From: an uncultured cyanobacterium
GTDB taxonomy: Bacteria; Cyanobacteriota; Cyanobacteriia; Cyanobacteriales; Nostocaceae
Length of the DNA: 64,000 nucleotides
Assembly (NCBI GenBank): GCA_963706595.1
Contig: OY970166.1
Coordinates: forward strand, 928,001 to 992,000
Direction of reading: 5' to 3'
The notes beneath the pieces were generated by a model. That model worked only from the letters and a program-made list of their open reading frames with translations, ran no database searches and was not told the origin of the DNA. Positions 40,043 through 49,822 of the stretch are shown piece by piece; position 1 is the stretch's first letter; each line of letters opens with the position of its first letter. A program made the translations under genes and the position numbers.

Positions 40043-42583
40043 TTAAAAATCGAAAGAAACGGTTCCTAAAACAGTAAAAGGTGCTGCTGGAGCAATGAAG
40101 AAACCTTGAGACTCATAATATTTGGTATCAAGCAAATTTTTAAAGTTGACAGCAGCTCGCCAATTATTTTGCCTATAGAAAATGCTGGCATCTGTTCTCA
40201 CATAGGAAGGAATTTTTACATCATTTGGTAAACCTGCCTCACGTTCACCAACGTAGACAACTCCTAACCCTAATCCTAAACCTTGCAAGTTTCCCTGTTG
40301 CAATTCATAGGTAGTCCATAAACTCGCACTGTTGTATGGTACACCTACTAACCTATTATTAACTAAATCTAGGTCATTATCTTCACTGACAAAAGCATCT
40401 GTATAGGTATAGGTGGCAATTACTTTCCATCCAGGTGAAATTTCTCCTACGATATCTAGTTCCACACCTCGGCTTTTTTGTTCACCCGTTTGCACACTAA
40501 AATCAGTATCAACTGGGTCGGGAGTTAGAACATTTTTCTTTGTGATATCAAAGTAAGCTAAAGTTGTGGAAAGGCGTTTATTAAAAAATTCTTGCTTAAT
40601 GCCGACTTCAAATTGTTGCGATGTTTCCGGTTGAAAGGTTTCGTCATTGCGAGTTCTGCCAAATATGACCGGATTAAAAGAATTTGTCCAACTAGCATAC
40701 AGTGATGTGCTATCAGTCCGTTGATAAACAATACCTAGTCTGGGAGAAAACTCAGAAGTTGAGGTTTCAGTGTCAGTGACACCAGTTTCTAAATTTTTGT
40801 CAAAGGAATCAACCCAATCAAAACGTCCCCCAGCCAAAAATTTGATCTGAGGTGTCAGTTCCAGCAAATTTTGAAAATACAGTGCTACGTTATCTGCACC
40901 ATAGCTGAAAAAGCCTGTCCTGCGGATATTTTCTGGTTGTGCGCCGTAAATGGGATTAAATATATCTAGATTGGCAATGCTACCTCGAAAAAATTCATCA
41001 GTGAATTGGTAACGAGCTAATTCCAATCCTACCAAGACATTGTGGCGAATAGAACCTGTGTTGAAAGAGCCACTAACTTCGTTTTGGAAGGCAATATTTT
41101 CCTGCTCATCATCGCTGACTCGATATCTACGACGGACTGTGCCATCTTCTTGTATGGCATCAGCTTGAACTCCTTTGGCAATACCATTGACATTTAGAAT
41201 GTTGAAACCTTGACGAAATTTCCAGGCGTTGCTGTTGCCAAATTTGCTCTCTAAAGTATAGGTGAAGTTATTGGATGTAAATTCGGCATCGTTGAGGTCT
41301 GGTTCGCCTAAGAAGCGACTGACAGGAAGATTAAAAACTGCTGGGTCAGCAGGAAAACCGCGATCAAATGTGTAGTCATATTTTTGGTATTCATAGGCAA
41401 AAGTGAGGGTAGTATTTTCTCCGGCTTTCAAACTAATTACGGGATTAATAAAAATACTCTCGTTCTTTACGAAGTCTCGAAAACTATTGGCGTTTTCGTA
41501 AGCTGCATTTAGACGGTAAAGTGCCGAACGGTCTTCTGAAAGTGGCCCAGTTAAATCAATTGATGTCCGGTAAAAATCGTAGCTACCGATAGTGCCATTG
41601 ATTTGATAGAATGGGTCTGATAAAGGTTTTTTGGTAATGGTATTAACGACTCCACCCGGACTTGTGACGCTACCATACAAAATTGATGCTGGTCCTTTGA
41701 GAAATTCAACTTGCTCAATATTTGCTACATCACGCGGACTAGTAAAGCCGAAGTCTTTGAAGCCATCACGCAAAGTTTCAAACCCTGTACTAAACCCACG
41801 AATGAAGTAACCTTGGGATGCAAGTCCACCGAAGGTTTCTTGACGGCGCACACCGCTAACATTGTCTGCTAGCTCATTGAGTCTAACTACTTGGCGGTCT
41901 CGAATAATTTCTTTAGGTATTACTTGTACAGATGCAGGAATATCGCGCAGTGGAACATCTAGTTTAGCCGCAGTAGATGCTTCTGGTATAAAGTAGCTGT
42001 TTTGTTGACCTGTAACCAAGAGTTCAATTGGCTTATCAGTCTCAGCCGTTGGTTGTTCTCTGGGAGTTTCAGTAGTGGGTTTATCGTTTGGTTGAGATAC
42101 GGAAGATGTTGCAGGTGTGACGCTGAAAATTAAACCTTCATCACTATCAAATAATGTATAACTGGGTTTTCCCGCTTCACCTATAATACTTACCCTGATA
42201 GTGTTATCATTTTGATTAATAACTATAACTTCGGTAATACCGGGAAAAGGTTGTAGTTGACGAAATATATTTCCCGATGGTAAACGTAGTTGCGCGTTGG
42301 TAATATCCGCAATGAAACTATTCCCAGAACTGCTATCTACTATTTGCAACTCTTGTCCTTGCTGAGTCTCCAAAATTACTTCTATACTTTGATCTATAGT
42401 ATCAATCCGCACGCTGTTGACAAGAATTAGAGATTTTTCTGTGGATGCTTGAGAGAGTAATTGTTTGAGATTTTCAGAGGTTTTACTTTTTTCCAGGCTG
42501 TTCTCACTTCCCCAAGCTGGTTGTGCAGCAACTACTACCCCTGTTAAGCATATACCGATAAATAATTGCGGTTGTCTTTTCAT
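40043..42583 (-). CDS. TonB-dependent siderophore receptor with N-terminal AMIN-like domain
   Basis: plug LRDIPASVQVI, EFLKGPASILYG, PGGVVN; barrel ends in terminal Phe (VSFDF). Confidence 0.93.
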   Translation of the reverse strand: MKRQPQLFIGICLTGVVVAAQPAWGSENSLEKSKTSENLKQLLSQASTEKSLILVNSVRIDTIDQSIEVILETQQGQELQIVDSSSGNSFIADITNAQLRLPSGNIFRQLQPFPGITEVIVINQNDNTIRVSIIGEAGKPSYTLFDSDEGLIFSVTPATSSVSQPNDKPTTETPREQPTAETDKPIELLVTGQQNSYFIPEASTAAKLDVPLRDIPASVQVIPKEIIRDRQVVRLNELADNVSGVRRQETFGGLASQGYFIRGFSTGFETLRDGFKDFGFTSPRDVANIEQVEFLKGPASILYGSVTSPGGVVNTITKKPLSDPFYQINGTIGSYDFYRTSIDLTGPLSEDRSALYRLNAAYENANSFRDFVKNESIFINPVISLKAGENTTLTFAYEYQKYDYTFDRGFPADPAVFNLPVSRFLGEPDLNDAEFTSNNFTYTLESKFGNSNAWKFRQGFNILNVNGIAKGVQADAIQEDGTVRRRYRVSDDEQENIAFQNEVSGSFNTGSIRHNVLVGLELARYQFTDEFFRGSIANLDIFNPIYGAQPENIRRTGFFSYGADNVALYFQNLLELTPQIKFLAGGRFDWVDSFDKNLETGVTDTETSTSEFSPRLGIVYQRTDSTSLYASWTNSFNPVIFGRTRNDETFQPETSQQFEVGIKQEFFNKRLSTTLAYFDITKKNVLTPDPVDTDFSVQTGEQKSRGVELDIVGEISPGWKVIATYTYTDAFVSEDNDLDLVNNRLVGVPYNSASLWTTYELQQGNLQGLGLGLGVVYVGEREAGLPNDVKIPSYVRTDASIFYRQNNWRAAVNFKNLLDTKYYESQGFFIAPAAPFTVLGTVSFDF

Positions 42584-42615
42584 AATTTCTATACAAGCCA
42601 GAGGCTCTTTTTAGT

Positions 42616-42717
42616 GTATCTAAGAATCTTTATCAAAAAGCTTAATCTATAATGTTGTGATTTTAAAGACAATATTGAACCTCAAACGGATTTTTTTGAG
42701 CCTCAAACGGATTTTTA
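42616..42717 (-). promoter_or_regulatory. receptor promoter: direct repeat with 21-bp period (probable AraC site) and a Fur-like box
   Basis: CCTCAAACGGATTTTT at 42680 and 42701; TGATAAAGATTCTTA on the minus strand near 42620-42634. Confidence 0.5.
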
Positions 42718-42808
42718 CTTTACTAACCCAAAGATCCCCGACTTCTACTAGAAGTCGGGGATCTGAGTCCAGGAAATGCTAGATGTTAGTTAGTTTTAAA
42801 ATACTGCT

Positions 42809-43783
42809 TTAGTAATAAATCATAAGATTTAGGATTAGTATTAAATTGCTTACGGAAAGCTGCTGCAAAACGGCTTTGATTTGCATAACAGCACGCGCTA
42901 CTTGTTTAACATTCATTTGACCTTCTAAAAGCAATTGCCGGGCTTTTTCCATGCGTTGTTGGTGTAAGTAGCCAAATGCAGTTGTACCTAATACTTGGCG
43001 AAAGCCTAACTTGAGTTTATAGTCGTTTAATCCTACTTTCCTGGCTAGTTCCAGTAATGACGGTGGATTGTCTAAATTTTGAGTTAAAATTTCTTTGGCA
43101 TTATAAATTCTGTCGATATCATCTCGTTTTAAAGCAGTGGCTTTTGTAGAAATATTTTCACTTTTGGCTAATTGTTCTAGTTTCAAAGCAATCAATTCTA
43201 AACATTTACTTTCTAAATAAATTTTCTTAGTTAAACTTGTAAAGGGACAATTAATAATTTGCTCCAGAGCAATTCGCATTTCTGGAGTGGTCTGATCAAT
43301 TTGAATATATGACTCTTGGTTAGGTTCGATGAGCTTTTGGATAATTTGCGGCGGTATGGGATTTAATCCACCGTCCATAAAGCTATCGATTAATTCAGGG
43401 GATTCTGGATGTATATCAACTTTTAAAAGTCGTTGATGTTGCAAAATTTCTGTTTGACCAGGTTGGTAGACACCGCCAGTATGAAGAAAGTTTTGTCCGG
43501 CATTAGTGTTATTCCAATAGCCTAATAGATGAAAGCCAAATTCCAGACCGTTACTATAACTTTGTTCTGGTGCTTTCTCAATAATTAAATTATGATCAAA
43601 TTTGGCATCTATAATTAGTAAACTAATGTCTCGCAGTTGAATCCAACGTTCATATCCACTACCAAATTCTTGAGGACATACATTAATAATATCAGATGCG
43701 TCTGATGGGTCTGGTTGTTTGGTGTTTTGGTTGCGTTCTCTCCATAATTCTTGGTACTCTGCTAGTGAAATAAGCTTTGCCAT
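42809..43783 (-). pseudogene. AraC (PchR-like) regulator with a 4-bp deletion in the second HTH
   Basis: KKIYLESKCLEL, PPSLLELARKVGLNDYKLK; after VARAV the frame shifts, while GY.NQSRFAAAFRKQF is preserved in the other frame and in the 10-kb relic. Confidence 0.82.
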
Positions 43784-43959
43784 GCGCTATTCTAAAAAAC
43801 AATTAATACTAATTAATTTACAATACTATAGCTATATTTTCTCAAATAGTTTGGGATTAAAGCGTATCAAAATATAACAATGGTGTCTAGAGTTCAGGTA
43901 AATTGACAATCTAAGTCCTAAATTTTCCCTGCTTACCAATGCAGTGCGATATCTTCACT

Positions 43960-44027
43960 ATGTCTAATCAACGCAAAATTCAAAGCATCTACACCGATGG
44001 CGCTTGTACTGGGAACCCTGTCCCTGG
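43960..44027 (+). pseudogene. 5' fragment of rnhA (duplicate)
   Basis: MSNQRKIQSIYTDGACTGNP identical to rnhA, then similarity stops. Confidence 0.88.
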
Positions 44028-44264
44028 CAGGGCTATTTTGTTCCCTAAAAGGGTTGAAATTGCAAGGGTCAAACAGATAAAAATTGAGGGCAAATCCACA
44101 ATTAGGACAAAAAATTTTGGTGTCTTCAGACCGAAATACCTGATTTTTCTTTGCGTCTAACGCACTTCGTGCTAGAGCTTACAGCACGCTACGCGAACGC
44201 TAGAGCCTCCGGCACACTTCGTGAACGCTGATGCGCCTTTGCGTGAGATTATCCTATTGACAAA

Positions 44265-44559
44265 AATTGGGATTAGCACAGAAGAACAACCAAGCGCCCA
44301 AACAGTCACGCTTTTGGTAGAATCTATCAAAAAAACCAATGTCCCCGCAATTTTTGCCGAAACCACAATTAACCCAGCTTTAATTACCACCGTAGCTCAA
44401 GAAGCAGGTGTAAAGTTAGCACCCAGAGAATTATACTCTGATTCTATTGGTGCAAAGGGCAGTGATGGCGATTGTTATATTAACATGATGGTAGCAAATA
44501 CCCGCACCATTGTAGAAGCATTGGGGGGTAAATATACGCCATTTCAACCGAGTAAATAA
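44265..44559 (+). pseudogene. 3' fragment of mntC (diverged duplicate of 25836-26130)
   Basis: IGISTEEQPSAQTVT...ANTRTIVEALGGKYTPFQP with mostly synonymous differences; no N-terminal half. Confidence 0.88.
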
Positions 44560-44643
44560 ATTAAGAACACAAAGATACTCGAATTATTCGTATTTGAAGA
44601 AGACGCGATTCATCGCGTCTCTACAATGTGGGTATTTCGTTGA

Positions 44644-45999
44644 TTATTTATCCAATTTTACGCCCCGAATTGAATAATCTAATAACTCCATTGGGTGCAT
44701 GACAGAAATTGTTTTACCTTGCAATTGCAGATGTTTAGTAATTTGCAACGTACAACCAGGATTAGCCGAAGCAATTAACTCAGCACCAGTATTTAATAAA
44801 TTTTGTACTTTTTGCTGTCCTAATTCCTCAGCAACTTCTGGTTGCAACATATTATAAACACCAGCACTACCACAACACAAAGCTGCGTCTATGGGTTCGC
44901 TTAACTTTACTCCGGGAATTTGGCGTAACATTTGACGCGGTTGCACACTAATCTTTTGTCCATGTAATAAATGACAAGCATCTTGATAAACTAAATTTAA
45001 AGGTTTATCAGTTAACGGTGATAGTTTAGCTGTCATGCCCACATTGACTAAAAACTCTTGAGCATCTTTCACTTTAGCCGCAAAAGCCTGAGCCTTTTCT
45101 TTATATTCTGGGTCATCTTGTAAAATGTGACCGTATTCTTTTAAAGTATGACCGCAACCAGCAGCATTGATAATTACAAAATCGACATTGGTATTAGCAA
45201 AACTATCAATCATTTGTCTAGCTAAAGTCTTCGCCTGTTCCGTTTGTCCTTGGTGTTCCGGAAGCGCCGCACAACAACCTTGAGATTGCGGAATTACAAC
45301 CTCACAACCATTAGCAGTTAAAACCCGGACAGTTGCTTCATTAATAGGAGAGAAAAACAGCCGTTGCACACATCCCAAAATCACCCCAACTCGGTAACGC
45401 TTCTCACCTTGGGCGGGAATAACATCGGGTAAATTATCTTGAAAAGATTGAAGAGTAATTTTTGGTAAAATTGATTCCATTGCAGCCAAACGGGGAGATA
45501 CTTTTTTCAGTAACCCTGTAGCCCGCATCAACTTTGGTAAACCTAATTTCTGATAAACCAGCAAAGGAAACAAAAACAAGCGTAATAAATCAGGATTAGG
45601 AAACAAAGAAAATATCAGTTTACGAATTAAAGTATCTGGTAAACTGCGGGAATAATTGCGTTCAACTTGGTGACGAGTCGCAGAAATCAACTTGTCATAC
45701 TGCACACCAGAAGGACAAGTACTCACACAAGCCAGACAACCCAAACAAGAATCAAAATGTTCCACAGTTGCCGTATTCAGAGCAATTTCACCCTTATTAA
45801 TAGCATCCATTAAATAGATGCGACCCCTGGGAGAATCCATCTCCTTACCAATCACCCGATAACTGGGACAAGTAGCCAGACAAAAACCACAATGTACACA
45901 ACTATCAATCAACTTCGGATCAGGTGGCTGACTAACATCAAAACCCTTTAAATTCTTAATCTTAGCAGTATCATTCACAGAATTATCAGAAACTTGCAT
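44644..45999 (-). CDS. glcF: glycolate oxidase iron-sulfur subunit
   Basis: CVHCGFCLATCP and CLGCLACVSTCP 4Fe-4S motifs; CCG domains. Confidence 0.9.
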   Translation of the reverse strand: MQVSDNSVNDTAKIKNLKGFDVSQPPDPKLIDSCVHCGFCLATCPSYRVIGKEMDSPRGRIYLMDAINKGEIALNTATVEHFDSCLGCLACVSTCPSGVQYDKLISATRHQVERNYSRSLPDTLIRKLIFSLFPNPDLLRLFLFPLLVYQKLGLPKLMRATGLLKKVSPRLAAMESILPKITLQSFQDNLPDVIPAQGEKRYRVGVILGCVQRLFFSPINEATVRVLTANGCEVVIPQSQGCCAALPEHQGQTEQAKTLARQMIDSFANTNVDFVIINAAGCGHTLKEYGHILQDDPEYKEKAQAFAAKVKDAQEFLVNVGMTAKLSPLTDKPLNLVYQDACHLLHGQKISVQPRQMLRQIPGVKLSEPIDAALCCGSAGVYNMLQPEVAEELGQQKVQNLLNTGAELIASANPGCTLQITKHLQLQGKTISVMHPMELLDYSIRGVKLDK

Positions 46000-46052
46000 T
46001 TTATCCTATTCCCCTCTTCCTTGGCGACCTTGGCGACTTGGCGGTTCGTTAA

Positions 46053-47336
46053 TCAAATTCCACCCACAAACCGACCAGGACTTAAAATATTCTTGCTATC
46101 AAACTGAGCCTTAACTTGACGCATTACCTGTAAAGAATTACCAGAATAACCCCAAACATCCATTGATTCCTTAACCGTATTTGGTCCCGTTAAAATACTC
46201 AAAAAACCTCTATTAAACTCACACTGCTGACGCATTTTTAAAACCTGGTTTTCATCCTCAAATTGCAACCAACCCAAACCACTAGCCAGATGAATCAAAC
46301 CCATTTCCGCCTGATTTAAAACCTCCACAGCCGCAGTCGGTAATACTCCTATTTTGCAGGTAATTGTAGAATCCGTAACCGAATCATCCATTATTTCTCG
46401 CAATCTTTGCCATAGAGAGCCTTCATGTTCATTCACATAAATTGTCCCAACTAAACCCAACTTTTCCCCCACGGCTAACAATCGATTTGACTGTTCCTTC
46501 ACACTTTCAGTAATACTTTGAAAACGTGCAATTAATCCCAACCCCTGATTCAAGCCTAACTTAGAAGTTAGTTCAGTGGAGAGCAAATCAGCCTGGGTGG
46601 GTGTCAACGCCGAACTGCGGAGAGTATTTGCGGCTTGAGATATAGCTTCTGCTGTGCCAGTTAGCACCACCGTACCAGAGGTTTCCGCCAGTGGATATAC
46701 GCGAAAAGTTACTTGACTAATTATTCCTAATGTGCCGTAAGACCCAGTAAATAACTTCATCAAATCGTATCCGGCCACATTTTTCACAACTCGCCCTCCG
46801 GCTTTGGCAATTTGTCCATCAGCACGGATAAAAGTAATACCTAGTAGCTGGTCGCGGACACTACCATAACGTTGTCTAAGGGAATTGGTATCTGCTGTAG
46901 CGACAATACCGCCAATTGTGGCTGATTCTGGTCTGCTGGGGTCAAGGGCGATGAATTGCCGCGATTTTGCCAAAATTGCCTGGAGATGGGAAAACTGCAT
47001 CCCAGCTTCGACTGTGACGGTTAAATCACCAACGGCGTGTTGAATTAGTTGATTGATGTGTTCTGTACTAACTACGATATCAGCGCTTTTGACTAAACCA
47101 CCCCAGTTGATTTTACTGCTTTTGCCACAGGGGAGGACGCGCCAGTTCTGACGGTGCGCCTCGGCGATGACGGCTGCTAGTTGGTCTTGGGTGCGGGGAT
47201 AGACGATACAATTGGGCGGTTTTGCCGATGCGATCGCCTGTTGGATTTGTTTTTGCTGGCTGGGTTCGAGGTTTGACCAAGGATAGATAGCGTTTTCTTC
47301 GATGATAGATGCAAGAGCAGAGGCGATCGCGTTCAT
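46053..47336 (-). CDS. glcE: glycolate oxidase FAD-binding subunit
   Basis: ATIGG, GGRVVKNVAGYDLMKLFTGSYGTLG; adjacent to glcF. Confidence 0.88.
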   Translation of the reverse strand: MNAIASALASIIEENAIYPWSNLEPSQQKQIQQAIASAKPPNCIVYPRTQDQLAAVIAEAHRQNWRVLPCGKSSKINWGGLVKSADIVVSTEHINQLIQHAVGDLTVTVEAGMQFSHLQAILAKSRQFIALDPSRPESATIGGIVATADTNSLRQRYGSVRDQLLGITFIRADGQIAKAGGRVVKNVAGYDLMKLFTGSYGTLGIISQVTFRVYPLAETSGTVVLTGTAEAISQAANTLRSSALTPTQADLLSTELTSKLGLNQGLGLIARFQSITESVKEQSNRLLAVGEKLGLVGTIYVNEHEGSLWQRLREIMDDSVTDSTITCKIGVLPTAAVEVLNQAEMGLIHLASGLGWLQFEDENQVLKMRQQCEFNRGFLSILTGPNTVKESMDVWGYSGNSLQVMRQVKAQFDSKNILSPGRFVGGI

Positions 47337-47670
47337 CAGTTTCTTTTTGTAGTCCCTAATTCTAATTTACTGGATGAACGAACCGCATTGCCGCTAGCCT
47401 CTCCCTTTGGGATCAGGACGCATTCGCGAAGCGTCTCCCCAAGGGAAGAAGGACACCAAGAAAGGAAAGAAAGGATTTTCAAAAAAAAAGTGATCGCGCG
47501 ATCGCTAGATATGTCATACTTAATTATGAATTGCTTGTGTGACTTTTCATAACAATTTTTATGCATTCTCCCCGACACTTGTTCTTTGTGTCATAGTGGG
47601 AGGGTGAGAATTTATTCGGCGATCAGCTTTTGTTTTTAGTATTGACAGGCTCCTTCCTTTTGGTATTTAC

Positions 47671-47724
47671 AGACTTTTCCCCGAAATCGAAATCTCTACA
47701 CTCTTACGATTTTGGAGAAAATCT
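47671..47724 (+). promoter_or_regulatory. 5' UTR hairpin sequestering the rbp ribosome-binding site
   Basis: ttttccccgaaatcg pairs with cgattttggagaaaa, which contains GGAG. Confidence 0.6.
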
Positions 47725-48027
47725 ATGTCAGTTTACGTAGGCAATTTATCTTACGAAGTTACACAAGACACTCTTAGTGCTGTGTTTGCAGAATATGGTT
47801 CTGTAAAGCGCGTACAGCTACCTACTAACCGTGAAACAGGACAACTGCGCGGTTTTGGCTTTGTAGAAATGGGTACAGATGAAGAAGAAACAGCAGCTAT
47901 CGAAGCTCTCGATGGTGCTGAATGGATGGGACGCGACTTGAAAGTAAACAAGGCGAAACCCAGAGAAGATAATAGAAGTTCAGGTTCCTTTGGTGGTGGA
48001 AACCGTGGTGGTGGAAACCGTTACTAA
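47725..48027 (+). CDS. RRM RNA-binding protein with Gly-rich tail (Rbp family)
   Basis: RNP2 VYVGNL, RNP1 RGFGFVEM, GGGNRGGGNRY. Confidence 0.95.
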   Translation: MSVYVGNLSYEVTQDTLSAVFAEYGSVKRVQLPTNRETGQLRGFGFVEMGTDEEETAAIEALDGAEWMGRDLKVNKAKPREDNRSSGSFGGGNRGGGNRY

Positions 48028-48087
48028 ATAATCTAGATTAGACCTTTTCATCTCCTAAATACTGGAAGTAAAAAAGGTCATAATCTC

Positions 48088-48120
48088 AAAACCTCAAACC
48101 GAATCGGTTTGAGGTTTTTT
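48088..48120. terminator. bidirectional intrinsic terminator between convergent genes
   Basis: aaaacctcaaaccg-aat-cggtttgaggtttttt. Confidence 0.7.
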
Positions 48121-48753
48121 AATGAGCGTAGGGCTAAGTTGTAATAGCGGTTTCTCCGCAGTTCGCATAATTTGCTGTTGTTGATGACGCTGTTGTAATT
48201 TGTACATATGATCAAACAAATTCCAGCAATATTCCTCTGGTAGTCCACAGGTAACAGCACCCCGCAGGACAACATTAAAATACCAGTCATTGGGCGCGAG
48301 TTCTTCTGTGAGCTTGTTAACTACTATATAGGTACGAGCGTTTGTGTATACTTGATTTTGGCAATGAATATCTACTGTTTCTTGACGATAGAAACTTTCG
48401 GAAACACCTTCGCGTTTATCCAGATATGCACTCAATCGCCAGGGTAGTTGATACAGTACACCTTTAACGCTGGCGTTGGGATCTGGTAACACATCCAAAA
48501 CACCACAGTGACGTGTTGGAGAATAGGAATAAAACCCTAAGCGATAATTCTTTAAAATTGCCGGTCCGATAATATAAGAATGAGTATTTTCACCAAGCGA
48601 TCGCTTTAAATCTACAGGACACATACAAGAGCCATAAGCAAAATAGTAAAACGTCGGCTCTTGCTGTGGCTGTTGTTGCCGTTTTAGCTCTGGCTGTGGG
48701 GGATGATGACATTTTACCCAACTATGGTGTGAGCGATCGCTTTGATGACTCAT
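48094..48753 (-). CDS. gamma-glutamylcyclotransferase family protein
   Basis: YYFAYGS, VKGVLY, LDKREGV. Confidence 0.82.
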   Translation of the reverse strand: MSHQSDRSHHSWVKCHHPPQPELKRQQQPQQEPTFYYFAYGSCMCPVDLKRSLGENTHSYIIGPAILKNYRLGFYSYSPTRHCGVLDVLPDPNASVKGVLYQLPWRLSAYLDKREGVSESFYRQETVDIHCQNQVYTNARTYIVVNKLTEELAPNDWYFNVVLRGAVTCGLPEEYCWNLFDHMYKLQQRHQQQQIMRTAEKPLLQLSPTLIKKPQTDSV

Positions 48754-48874
48754 CTATCTTTGGAAGTATATTATTTATATATCTAGAAGATATTTTATCA
48801 TTAATTTCCGAAAAATACAACTATATTCCGATTGACAAAGTGTAGTTTAAAATTTGAGCATTCCAGACTCTTCC

Positions 48875-49588
48875 CTAAGAACCTTGATTTAACCTGATTG
48901 CGGAACCAGTTTGATTACTGTGATACACCAAAGTTTGATTACCCGCACCGACAGTGACGCGCCAACCTGGAACTAAAGCTTGAGTACAGAATTCATCAGC
49001 AGCAGCTAAATTCAAACAGCCATCATTCCAAGTCTGCTGTTCAGCTGCAATAATGCTGAGTTGAGAAGTTGATAGTTGTAAACGTTGAGAAGCCGCTTGG
49101 AAAACTGCATCTTTTACAGATTTCGGCAGATTTGCTGATGGATTTGTGGGAGTATTTGCTGAAACTAACCGTAAAGAACGCCCATTCGCATTGGTGTGAT
49201 ATATCCAGCTTTGTTTGTTATTAGACACAACAACTCGCCAACCAGAAACTAAGGCTTGAGTACAAAGCTCATTAGGTTGAGGCAATTCCAAACAACCATT
49301 ATTCCAAGTTTGTTGCTGATAATCAACAATTTTGATATTTTGAGTTGAAATTCCCTGTTTACGATCTAAATCGCGTAGTACCGCATGAGCTATATTAGGT
49401 GGTAAGCGGGTTTGCTGATTTTTAGCTAATACTTCATTAGTCATTGTTGGTGTAAAGCTGATCGAATCAGCATAGGCAGTTTTGAAGATTGTCAACCCTC
49501 CAGCAACAGATAAAATAGCAGTTAAAATTAAAGCTGAGATAATTCGGGTTTGATAGGCAATATAATACTTTTTTAGAGTAAAAATCAT
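48875..49588 (-). CDS. secreted hypothetical protein with two Cys-containing repeats
   Basis: signal/TM segment; QQTWN(N/D)GCL...CTQALV(S/P)GWRV...YH occurs twice. Confidence 0.75.
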   Translation of the reverse strand: MIFTLKKYYIAYQTRIISALILTAILSVAGGLTIFKTAYADSISFTPTMTNEVLAKNQQTRLPPNIAHAVLRDLDRKQGISTQNIKIVDYQQQTWNNGCLELPQPNELCTQALVSGWRVVVSNNKQSWIYHTNANGRSLRLVSANTPTNPSANLPKSVKDAVFQAASQRLQLSTSQLSIIAAEQQTWNDGCLNLAAADEFCTQALVPGWRVTVGAGNQTLVYHSNQTGSAIRLNQGS

Positions 49589-49822
49589 TAGAAAAACTCC
49601 ATATTTATAAGTAATTAGATAGACGTTAATATTCTAATCATTTGTTCCTCGTGTGGTAGGGGTTTAGCATTGCTAAACCCCTACGAAATATGTGCTTTTT
49701 AGTGTTTTACATATTTGGTATTTATTGTCAACGCGTAAGTCCTAAATTTTAACTTGCAGACAAGAATGCAACTTATGTCTAAATGGAGTAGTCATGATGT
49801 TTTAGACTAACCGTAGCAAATA

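Noticed and set aside
43939..44160. 73-aa ORF as a second RNase H
   Set aside because: Only about 20 residues match rnhA and the rest is unrelated, so it is treated as a fragment.
47336..47578. 80-aa ORF upstream of glcE
   Set aside because: It is composed of dispersed repeats and promoter sequence, with no protein-like motif.
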